64,000 bases of DNA, taken from positions 8,571-72,570 of the forward strand of contig JAGCGS010000034.1 of the NCBI GenBank assembly GCA_017649485.1, written 5' to 3'. How positions within the stretch are numbered: position 1 is the first letter of the stretch; every line of letters starts with the position of its first letter. This document shows, one piece after another, positions 10,041 to 18,293 of this stretch. Under the pieces are notes generated by a model, which saw only the letters and a program-made list of their open reading frames with translations, ran no database searches and had not been told where the DNA came from. Source of the stretch: Bacteroidaceae bacterium (GTDB lineage Bacteria > Bacteroidota > Bacteroidia > Bacteroidales > Bacteroidaceae). A program made the position numbers and the translations under genes.

Positions 10041-10204
10041 GTGGTCATTAGTGGTCAATTGTCATTTGTCAATAAGAAAAAAAAGGGATGGGGCATCAGG
10101 CTCACTATAATTATAAATATATATATTTATAATTATAGTGGTGTTTTTAGGCACCCCCCCTAAAAAAGCTTAATGACTATTGACAATTGACCACTATTGA
10201 CCAC
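10041..10204. repeat. Nested palindromic cassette: 36-bp inverted arms plus a perfect 38-bp AT-rich core
   Basis: Arms 10041-10076 and 10169-10204 match at 32/36; core CACTATAATTATAAATATA|TATATTTATAATTATAGTG at 10103-10140. Confidence 0.92.
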
Positions 10205-10502
10205 AACAAATACAATCTTCCAACAGTCAACTTTTTCAGTATGGAAAACAAAGGTAGCGTCGAGTAAATCAGGAAAAGTCACATGCCCTGCCTATTACTT
10301 GAAGTAATTGACCCGTTTTAAGGTAAATGAAAATACCGCCAGGAAAGGTTGAGGCGGTAGATGTGCTATCACCCTCTGGCTGGGTTTAGCTAGGTATCAC
10401 CATACAGTTATGAAATTTTTATGCTAAACAGCATGTATTTTGGATAATATTGAGGGAAAAGCAATTATTTTTAGGCTTTATATTAATTTTTTTATTATAT
10501 TA

Positions 10503-10534
10503 TTTGGTAGTTTATGATATTTTATGTAACTTTG
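10503..10534 (+). promoter_or_regulatory. Consensus Bacteroidetes promoter with no downstream CDS (points at the 3' end of the CotH-family gene)
   Basis: TTTG, 20-nt spacer, TAACTTTG. Confidence 0.65.
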
Positions 10535-10619
10535 CATAGCATTTGGGAAATGTGATGTGACTGATGGTCGCGGCTCAGCGAAGGCCAAGCTAAACTGCCT
10601 CCAGAGGAACAACATTGCT

Positions 10620-11966
10620 TTATAGCGCATTGATGTGTTCATCAAGCCATTGAAGTCTGGCGGTGATGAAGTTCTTCAGGAATTTCACCTCGGCTTCATA
10701 TGAGCCACGGTCTTCGTAATTAGGCCAAATCTCACCATGAATGGACCAGCCTGCGCCACCTGAACCAGTACTGCTAAAGTTACGGCCTATGGCAAATTTC
10801 AGCTGATTCACCTGCTCTTGAATAAAGTCAGGAAGCTTGTCGAACTGCGGCTTTAAAATATTCCATTTCTGCTTCAAAGCCGACACGAAGGCGGGATCCA
10901 GGAAGAAGCGGTTGAACCAAGGCGAGCAGGTCTTAATGTACCACCCATCAGGTCCTGTAGAACTAGCACCTTGCTCCCATGTGATGTGATTGGCATTGCC
11001 AAAGGCTATGTCGAAGTCCCATACGAAAGGCTGATAAACCTTGCCATCGCTCTTCAAAGCCAGGTAGCAACTGCCACGCATGTTGCCATCGCAGTTCTTT
11101 GTGAGTTCCTGCACAATGTAGTATTTCAGGAAAGACTCAATGTCGATGTATTGGCTGTAGCCAACCTCAGGATCAAGGAATGAATCGCCATAAAGAGCAG
11201 CCTCAGCACGATTGAAACAGCTCTTTACATACTCGAATTGGGCATCATTTGGTTGCTCGGGTTCTTTGAACATCAGGGGCAAACTGGCATAACTGGTGTG
11301 GAACTGGTGAGATGCATCGAAATGAAAATCCAACTCCATGAGGTAGTCAGCCTGTAGATCCGCATCTTCAGTAGCGTCTTCATCCACTAAGTCGAGGTCG
11401 CATCTCTCTTCGGAGACCTTTACATGCTCCGTTAACTGATAAACACCAAGATAGGTGTTGTTGAGGTAAAGTTCAACATTGCGGGAACGAGGAGTCCAGT
11501 CCATACCTACAATGCGAGAGATTTCAAAGGCTGTGGTGTTTCTCAGCAACGACCTGTCGCTATAATTTGCCAACAGCACCCATTCCTTATCGGTGCTCAT
11601 TCCCAAGAGCTTCGCCTTGCTGTCAAGCTTGATTTTATAGGGTTTCTTGGGCATTGTCCATGTGGAGTTGCCTCGCCCACGAATACGTCCTGTCCCAGAG
11701 AAGGGTGTGCCATCAGTGTAGAGCTTGCCATCATCATTGATGACTACAGAACAATTGATATAATTCTCTTTGTCTTTGATGTCAGCATGCTTTTCCGTCT
11801 CTATGGTAACCACAGGTATTATTGTTTCCACCTCTGGTGTGGGATTTACAGGCTGACTGGGTTCGGGCAAGACAACACTATCTTTACTTGAACATGCAGA
11901 CAAGACAACACATGCGAGTGTGGCAACACATGCCCATGCAATATAGTTAAAATGTAGGCTTTTCAT
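10620..11966 (-). CDS. CotH kinase family lipoprotein
   Basis: Lipobox LSAC; IRGRGNSTW, KKPYKIKL, WVLLANYSD and WDFDIAFGN motifs. Confidence 0.88.
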   Translation of the reverse strand: MKSLHFNYIAWACVATLACVVLSACSSKDSVVLPEPSQPVNPTPEVETIIPVVTIETEKHADIKDKENYINCSVVINDDGKLYTDGTPFSGTGRIRGRGNSTWTMPKKPYKIKLDSKAKLLGMSTDKEWVLLANYSDRSLLRNTTAFEISRIVGMDWTPRSRNVELYLNNTYLGVYQLTEHVKVSEERCDLDLVDEDATEDADLQADYLMELDFHFDASHQFHTSYASLPLMFKEPEQPNDAQFEYVKSCFNRAEAALYGDSFLDPEVGYSQYIDIESFLKYYIVQELTKNCDGNMRGSCYLALKSDGKVYQPFVWDFDIAFGNANHITWEQGASSTGPDGWYIKTCSPWFNRFFLDPAFVSALKQKWNILKPQFDKLPDFIQEQVNQLKFAIGRNFSSTGSGGAGWSIHGEIWPNYEDRGSYEAEVKFLKNFITARLQWLDEHINAL

Positions 11967-12060
11967 AGTTTTCTTGTTTAATGGACATATAAGTTTATTC
12001 AATCAATTAGCAAAAGTATTGAGAATTTCCGAGATAAGCAAGAACAATATGGAAGAAACG

Positions 12061-12097
12061 CAGACAGGGACGCTGCCTCACGCAGTGTTCCTGTCTG
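12061..12097 (-). terminator. Hairpin downstream of the ECF sigma/anti-sigma operon
   Basis: CAGACAGGGACGCTGC-CTCAC-GCAGTGTTCCTGTCTG. Confidence 0.6.
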
Positions 12098-12215
12098 TTA
12101 GTTAGCCATGATAAGATTTTGAGAGAATGAAACTTCGCAGTTTCGATTTTCACTAACTATATAATGTTTAAAGCAAATGAAAATGTTATTTTTTATAAAG
12201 CAAATGAAAAAACTA

Positions 12216-12698
12216 CTATTTCCTAATCTTTTCTTGCTGCTCGACAGGTTTCAGCTTACGACTTAAGCTGTCATTAGCTTGTTCATCGGCTTCGCTTCCC
12301 AAAGCCACGGATGGCGAGGTGATTTGCTGACCGATGGTATCGTTCACTGCCATCTGATGGTAGTCTTGCAACAAGGTACGTTCAGCAAGGGTGCCTAAGG
12401 CAAGGAGCATCGCCACAGCTGCTGCAGCCCGCAAGATGGGAGCGAGACGGCTGAAAAAAGATACCCGTTTAGCCTTCACTACTGGCGGTTCAATCTGACG
12501 AAGCAGTCGCTCATCAAAGTCGTTGCTCAGCTGGCTGTTTTTCAGGAGCTCCTGATAGGTGAACAAATCCTTGTACGGCATGAGATGCTGAGGTACCTCA
12601 TCCCCGCAGAAGAATTGGCGCAACTCGCGTTCTTCGCGCACAGTAGTCTGGCAATCCCAGTAACGCTTCAGCAGTTGTTCAATCCGTTTAGAGTCCAT
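12216..12698 (-). CDS. Putative anti-sigma factor (single transmembrane)
   Basis: IEQLLKRYWDCQTTVREERELRQFF N-terminus, central TM segment; overlaps the ECF sigma stop. Confidence 0.75.
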   Translation of the reverse strand: MDSKRIEQLLKRYWDCQTTVREERELRQFFCGDEVPQHLMPYKDLFTYQELLKNSQLSNDFDERLLRQIEPPVVKAKRVSFFSRLAPILRAAAAVAMLLALGTLAERTLLQDYHQMAVNDTIGQQITSPSVALGSEADEQANDSLSRKLKPVEQQEKIRK

Positions 12699-13209
12699 AC
12701 ATCTGAGTTTTTAAGTAACCTTGCTTCACTTTTTGTCTTGCCCTGAAGAGGTTTATCTTTACCTGTTCTTCGGAGATATCCAACGCCAAGGCAATGTCTT
12801 GATAGCTTTTTTCCTCGAGGTCGCGCAACTGCATGATTTGCCGCTGTTTTTCGGGCAACTGTTCAATCAGCTGATGCACGATGCGAAGACGCTCTTTTTG
12901 TTCCAGCACTTCGTGAGGATTTGGCTCATTTTGCAGTCTGTCATGGTCGGCAGTGAGTTCTACTGTCTGGGAATCTTTCCTCTCGCGCATGTCGATGGCG
13001 AGATTTTTCGTTAGTGTGAGGCAATAGGCCTCAACAGATTCCAGCTGGCTCCACTCTTGCCTTTTGTTCCAGACCTTTATGAGTGTTTCCTGCACGATAT
13101 CCTCCGCTTCGGCTCTGTCGAATGTTATCCGTAGAGCTACCCGAAAGAGCTTGTCTTTCAAGGGAAGGATGTCGTCACGAAAGCTGATTTGTTTCATCTC
13201 TTCATTCAT
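12688..13209 (-). CDS. ECF-type RNA polymerase sigma-70 factor
   Basis: Region 2 AEAEDIVQETLIKVW; region 4 LPEKQRQIMQLRDLEEKSYQDIA...VKINLFRAR. Confidence 0.93.
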   Translation of the reverse strand: MNEEMKQISFRDDILPLKDKLFRVALRITFDRAEAEDIVQETLIKVWNKRQEWSQLESVEAYCLTLTKNLAIDMRERKDSQTVELTADHDRLQNEPNPHEVLEQKERLRIVHQLIEQLPEKQRQIMQLRDLEEKSYQDIALALDISEEQVKINLFRARQKVKQGYLKTQMYGL

Positions 13210-13260
13210 ATAGACGGACGAAACCGTGAAAAGTTACAGTTTCTCTCAAAAAAAATCTGT

Positions 13261-14061
13261 TTATTGTTTACAGTTTAAGATAGGGGGATTACAGATAAGG
13301 GTGCCTTGTTGACCATCTATGGCATTTGCAGCTGTAATGACCACCTGCTTGACTCCTGCATCAATGGCTTGGAAAGCGTTCTCAAGCTTGGGAATCATGC
13401 CACCTTGAACGACGCCCTGCTCTACCAGCTCCTTGAATTGCTGGGGTGTGATAGTGGGAATCACACTATCGTCGTCAGCCTCATCACGTAATACGCCCTT
13501 TTTCTCAAAACAATATATGAGGGTAACATCGAAATAGGGGGCAAGGCCTTTGGCTGTTTCTGCAGCAATAGTATCGGCATTGGTGTTCAACAAGTTGCCC
13601 CTTCCATCATGCGTCAAGGGAGCCATAACAGGAACGATGCCAGCTTGCAGGAGGTTAGCCAGTTGCGCACCATCAACCTGCTTCACATCACCCACAAAGC
13701 CATAGTCGATGTCCTTGACAGGCCGTTTGTCAGAAAGAATAACATTCATATCGGCACCTGTTAGGCCTACTGCATTGACTCCACGAGCCTGCAAGCCTGC
13801 CACGATATTTTTGTTGACCAAACCGCCATAGACCATTGTCACCACCCTGAGCATATCGGCATCGGTGATGCGACGGCCATTGACCATCTGACTCTCGATG
13901 CCTAATTGGGCAGCTATCTTCGTGGCAGAACGTCCTCCTCCATGCACCAGAACTTTGGGACCCTTGATGGCGACAAAGTCATCCAAAAGCCTTTGCAGGC
14001 TCTCAGGCTCTTCAACTATCTTGCCACCTACTTTTATTATTGAACATTGACCATTGACCAT
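13261..14061 (-). CDS. argB: Acetylglutamate kinase
   Basis: IKVGG, VHGGG, NTNADTIA and GGMIPKL motifs. Confidence 0.95.
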   Translation of the reverse strand: MVNGQCSIIKVGGKIVEEPESLQRLLDDFVAIKGPKVLVHGGGRSATKIAAQLGIESQMVNGRRITDADMLRVVTMVYGGLVNKNIVAGLQARGVNAVGLTGADMNVILSDKRPVKDIDYGFVGDVKQVDGAQLANLLQAGIVPVMAPLTHDGRGNLLNTNADTIAAETAKGLAPYFDVTLIYCFEKKGVLRDEADDDSVIPTITPQQFKELVEQGVVQGGMIPKLENAFQAIDAGVKQVVITAANAIDGQQGTLICNPPILNCKQ

Positions 14062-14072
14062 TGAGCTGAGTA

Positions 14073-15965
14073 TTATTCCAAATATGTATAACCATAGAGC
14101 CCGGAGCGATAGTTGGAAAGGAACTCTTTGCCCTCATCCACTGTAATCTTGCCCTCCTTCACACTCTTGCTCACCCAAGTCTCCAAAGTGCGAACCAGTT
14201 TCTTCGGACTGAACTGCACATAGTCGAGCACCTCTGCCACAGTTTCGCCATCAATCACCTGATCGATGGAGTAACCCTTCTCATCTACAGAGATATGCAC
14301 CGCATTTGTATCGCCAAAAAGGTTGTGCATATCACCCAATATTTCCTGGTAAGCCCCTACGAGGAACACACCCAAATAATAATGCTCCTTCTGCTTGAGT
14401 GAGTGCACAGGAAGGTAATTAGACACACTGCGAGTGGTGATGAAGCTGGCAATCTTACCATCTGAGTCACAGGTGATATCTTGCAGAGTAGCCTCCTTGT
14501 CAGGCTTCTCGTCAAGACGCTGCAAAGGCATGATGGGGAAAATCTGGTCAATAGACCATGAGTCAGGCAACGACTGGAACAACGAGAAGTTGCAGAAATA
14601 CTTATCTGCCAACAGTTTCGGAAGTCCACGAAGCTCGTCGGGAGTATGCTTCAGGCTCTGTGCGATGTGGTTCACCTCTCGCATCACACTCCAATACAGG
14701 CACTCTATCTGAGCTCGTGTCTGCAAATCCACCAACCCATGACTGAACAGGTTCAGCGACTCGTCACGAATCTGCTCGGCATCATGGAATGACTCCAGCA
14801 TGGTATTCTGATTCAGCTTGTCCCAGATGGTGTAAAGCTCTCGCACCAGCTCATGATCTTCGGGCTTGATATCCACATCGTCATCCCATTCAGGCAGATG
14901 AGCAGTTTCCAATACATCGAAAATCAGTACAGAATGGTATGCGGACAATGCTCTACCACTCTCTGTAATGATATTGGGATGTGGGATATTATTCTTGTTG
15001 CTGATGTCCACCAAGGTAGAGATCGCATCATTCACATACTCCTGAATAGAGTAATTCACACTTCCTTCGTTAGAGCCAGAACGAGTGCCATCATAGTCAA
15101 CGCCCAAGCCACCACCAATGTCAACAAACTCGACATTGAAGCCCAAACGATGTAGCTGAACATAGAACTGAGACGACTCTACGAGAGCTGTCTGGATATG
15201 GCGTATTTTGGTAACCTGGCTTCCTATGTGGAAGTGAATCAACTTCAGACAATCCTCCATTTTCTTCTCTTTCAGGAAGTCGAGTGCCTCAAGCAACTCA
15301 CTGGAAGTCAAACCGAACTTGCTGGCATCGCCTCCACTCTGTTCCCACTTGCCACTGCCAGAGGAAGCCAATTTGATGCGGATGCCAATATTTGGACGTA
15401 AGTTGAGCGTTTTGGCAACTTTGGCAATCAGTCGCAACTCATTCATCTTCTCCACCACGAGGAAGATGCGCTTGCCCATCTTTTGTGCCAACAAAGCCAG
15501 CTCGATATAACTCTCATCCTTGTATCCATTACAGATAATCAGCGAGTCAGAGTCCATATTCGTGGCAATCACGGCATGCAGTTCAGGCTTTGAGCCTGCC
15601 TCCAGTCCGAGGTTGTATTTTTTACCATGACTCACCACCTCCTCCACCACAGGTCTCATCTGGTTCACCTTGATGGGATAGATGATAAAATTCTGAGCCT
15701 TATAGTCATACTCCTCTGCTGCACGCTTGAAGCAATGTGAAATCTTTTCGATACGGTTGTCGAGGATATCAGGGAAACGCACCAGCATAGGGGCTGTGAC
15801 ATCACGTAATGCCAGCTCGTCAACCAATTCTCTCAAATCGACTTCCACTCCGTCTTTCAACGGGGTAACAACCACATGACCCTTGTCATTGATACCAAAG
15901 TATGAAGCTCCCCACCCCTTTATGTTGTAGAGTTCTTCAGAATCTTCAATACGCCATTTTCTCAT
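14073..15965 (-). CDS. speA: Biosynthetic arginine decarboxylase
   Basis: YPIKVNQ (PLP lysine), EAGSKPEL, HFHIGSQ, DITCDSDG and GAYQEILGDMHNLFGD motifs. Confidence 0.97.
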   Translation of the reverse strand: MRKWRIEDSEELYNIKGWGASYFGINDKGHVVVTPLKDGVEVDLRELVDELALRDVTAPMLVRFPDILDNRIEKISHCFKRAAEEYDYKAQNFIIYPIKVNQMRPVVEEVVSHGKKYNLGLEAGSKPELHAVIATNMDSDSLIICNGYKDESYIELALLAQKMGKRIFLVVEKMNELRLIAKVAKTLNLRPNIGIRIKLASSGSGKWEQSGGDASKFGLTSSELLEALDFLKEKKMEDCLKLIHFHIGSQVTKIRHIQTALVESSQFYVQLHRLGFNVEFVDIGGGLGVDYDGTRSGSNEGSVNYSIQEYVNDAISTLVDISNKNNIPHPNIITESGRALSAYHSVLIFDVLETAHLPEWDDDVDIKPEDHELVRELYTIWDKLNQNTMLESFHDAEQIRDESLNLFSHGLVDLQTRAQIECLYWSVMREVNHIAQSLKHTPDELRGLPKLLADKYFCNFSLFQSLPDSWSIDQIFPIMPLQRLDEKPDKEATLQDITCDSDGKIASFITTRSVSNYLPVHSLKQKEHYYLGVFLVGAYQEILGDMHNLFGDTNAVHISVDEKGYSIDQVIDGETVAEVLDYVQFSPKKLVRTLETWVSKSVKEGKITVDEGKEFLSNYRSGLYGYTYLE

Positions 15966-16060
15966 TTCTACTGTTAACTCACTATTTAGGTTATTAATTG
16001 AATGGCAAAAATAATAAAAATAAGAATAATTCCATTATATTTGCAGGAAAAACAGCAGAT

Positions 16061-16816
16061 ATGCAGAATTATCAGATTGAAATTTGCGCCAATTCGACTG
16101 AGAGTGCCCTTAATGCACAGCTTGGAGGGGCTCAACGAGTGGAGCTTTGTGCAGGCATCCCAGAGGGAGGCACAACCCCATCTGTTGGCGAAATTGTGAT
16201 AGCCAGCAAGAAATTGGAGAGAACTAAGTTGCATGTCATCATACGTCCGCGTGGGGGAGATTTCTGCTATACACCTGATGAATTGGAAATCATGAAGGTG
16301 GATATCAATACTGCTTGTCAGTTTCAGGTAGATGGCTTTGTTTTTGGATGCCTCACACCTGAGGGCGACGTGGATAAGAAGGCGATGCAGAAGCTGATGG
16401 AGGCTGCTCGAGGCAAAAGCGTCACCTTCCATCGAGCGTTCGACATGTGCCGAAACCCTTTCCAGGCTCTGGAAGATATCATTGAGCTGGGATGCGATCG
16501 CATCCTGACTTCCGGCCAACAGCCTATTGCCGTTAAAGGTATTCAGCTGATAAAAGAGTTAGTGAAGCAGGCGGCAGGACGCATCATCATCATGCCTGGA
16601 TGTGGAATAACACCGCAGAATATCCGCCAGATAGCCGAAAAGACAGGAGCTACGGAGTTTCATTTTTCAGGACGCAAGACAGTCGAGAGTCCCATGACCT
16701 ATCGGAATCATCAGGTTTCGATGGGGGGTACTGTGAAGATTGACGATTATAGCAGGATGGTAACTGATGCTGAGATAGTGAAGGCAGCTTTTCATGCTTT
16801 GAACATTGAACATTGA
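16061..16816 (+). CDS. cutC: CutC family protein
   Basis: EICANS, RVELC..EGGTTPS, IRPRGGDF, TFHRAFD and ILTSGQ motifs; TATATTTG box at 16036-16043. Confidence 0.92.
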   Translation: MQNYQIEICANSTESALNAQLGGAQRVELCAGIPEGGTTPSVGEIVIASKKLERTKLHVIIRPRGGDFCYTPDELEIMKVDINTACQFQVDGFVFGCLTPEGDVDKKAMQKLMEAARGKSVTFHRAFDMCRNPFQALEDIIELGCDRILTSGQQPIAVKGIQLIKELVKQAAGRIIIMPGCGITPQNIRQIAEKTGATEFHFSGRKTVESPMTYRNHQVSMGGTVKIDDYSRMVTDAEIVKAAFHALNIEH

Positions 16817-16841
16817 ACATTCAACTTTATATAATGATACT

Positions 16842-18293
16842 ATGAAAAAGATTTTGGGAACGCTGGTAGTTGCCTTGATGTTAGGTTCCAGCACAGAAGC
16901 AAAGGTGAGGTTGCCACACCTGATAGGTGACAACATGGTATTGCAACAGCAGACAGATGCCCGCCTGTGGGGATGGGCTGATGCCGGCAAGACTGTGAAA
17001 GTGACAGTTTCGTGGAACAACGACACTTATACCGCCAAAGCCGACACACAAGGAAAGTGGAAAGTGACCGTGAAGACACCAACTGCTTCATTCACTCCTC
17101 TGAGCATCACCATCGATGATGGCGATAAGACCACACTGAATAACATCCTCAGTGGCGAGGTATGGGTATGTGCAGGACAAAGCAACATGGAGATGCCCAT
17201 CAAGGGCTATAGCGACTGCCCTGTGGAAGACTATAACCATGTGGTGGCTGATGCAGTCAACTCTTCTGGCATTCGTCACGCCAAGATTCCAAGTATCGTG
17301 AGCATGACACCTCTCGAGGATACCAATACCCAATGGATAGACTGCAACCCCAACACGGTGCCAGAGTTCAGTGCCACAGGCTATTTCTTTGCCCGTATGC
17401 TGAGCCGCACACTGAATGTGCCTGTAGGCATTATCGAGGCCAACAAGGGAGGAAGCCGCGTGGAAGGATGGCTCACAAGGGAGAATCTGCAAAAATATAC
17501 TGACGAGACGTTAGACTCTTTGGAGATTGTTAAAAATTATCCGATAGACATGATGCGTCAGCTGGTTTGGGGAAACGGCACTTTTAATCCTATTCTGAAC
17601 TACACAGTGAAAGGTATCACTTTCTATCAGGGCTGCTCGAATGTGGATGACCATGCAGCCCAATATGCTGAACGCCTTGCGTTGTTAGTGAAGCAATGGC
17701 GCGAACAGTTTGCTTTGGGCGAGATACCTTTTTATTATGTGCAGATTGCACCTTTTATTAATGGCGATGTTAACGCCACCAACGGAGCATTCCTGCGCGA
17801 ACAGCAATTCAAGGCATTGAGTCTGATACCCAACAGTGGTATGGTCTGTACAAATGATGCAGTTTATCCGTATGAAACTGAGAACATCCATCCTACCCAG
17901 AAGCAGAAGGTGGGCGACAGGCTGGCTTTCTTGGCACTCAGCGATACTTACGGAATGGAGAGCATCCGAAGCAAGAGTCCTTCCTACAAGAGCATGACGG
18001 TGAAGGACAACAAAGTTACCCTGCTGTTTGACAATACATACGTTGGATTCACCCGCCAGTATGGTTTCGAGGGCTTTGAGATAGCAGGCGAGGACAAGGT
18101 GTTCCATAAAGTCACCCAATCCCACTCCACTATGTCCTGGCAAACTGGTTCGGTAAGCATCACAATCTCTTCCGATGAAGTAGCCAAGCCTGTTGCCGTC
18201 CGTTATTGTTATCGTAATTTCCAGTTGGGTAATGTGGCGAATATGGCAGGTCTCCCGCTTATTCCTTTCCGTACTGACGACTGGGATCTGTAA
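16842..18293 (+). CDS. Sialate O-acetylesterase (SASA/SGNH family), secreted
   Basis: GEVWVCAGQSNME, YQGCSN, NIHP and PFRTDDW motifs. Confidence 0.9.
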   Translation: MKKILGTLVVALMLGSSTEAKVRLPHLIGDNMVLQQQTDARLWGWADAGKTVKVTVSWNNDTYTAKADTQGKWKVTVKTPTASFTPLSITIDDGDKTTLNNILSGEVWVCAGQSNMEMPIKGYSDCPVEDYNHVVADAVNSSGIRHAKIPSIVSMTPLEDTNTQWIDCNPNTVPEFSATGYFFARMLSRTLNVPVGIIEANKGGSRVEGWLTRENLQKYTDETLDSLEIVKNYPIDMMRQLVWGNGTFNPILNYTVKGITFYQGCSNVDDHAAQYAERLALLVKQWREQFALGEIPFYYVQIAPFINGDVNATNGAFLREQQFKALSLIPNSGMVCTNDAVYPYETENIHPTQKQKVGDRLAFLALSDTYGMESIRSKSPSYKSMTVKDNKVTLLFDNTYVGFTRQYGFEGFEIAGEDKVFHKVTQSHSTMSWQTGSVSITISSDEVAKPVAVRYCYRNFQLGNVANMAGLPLIPFRTDDWDL

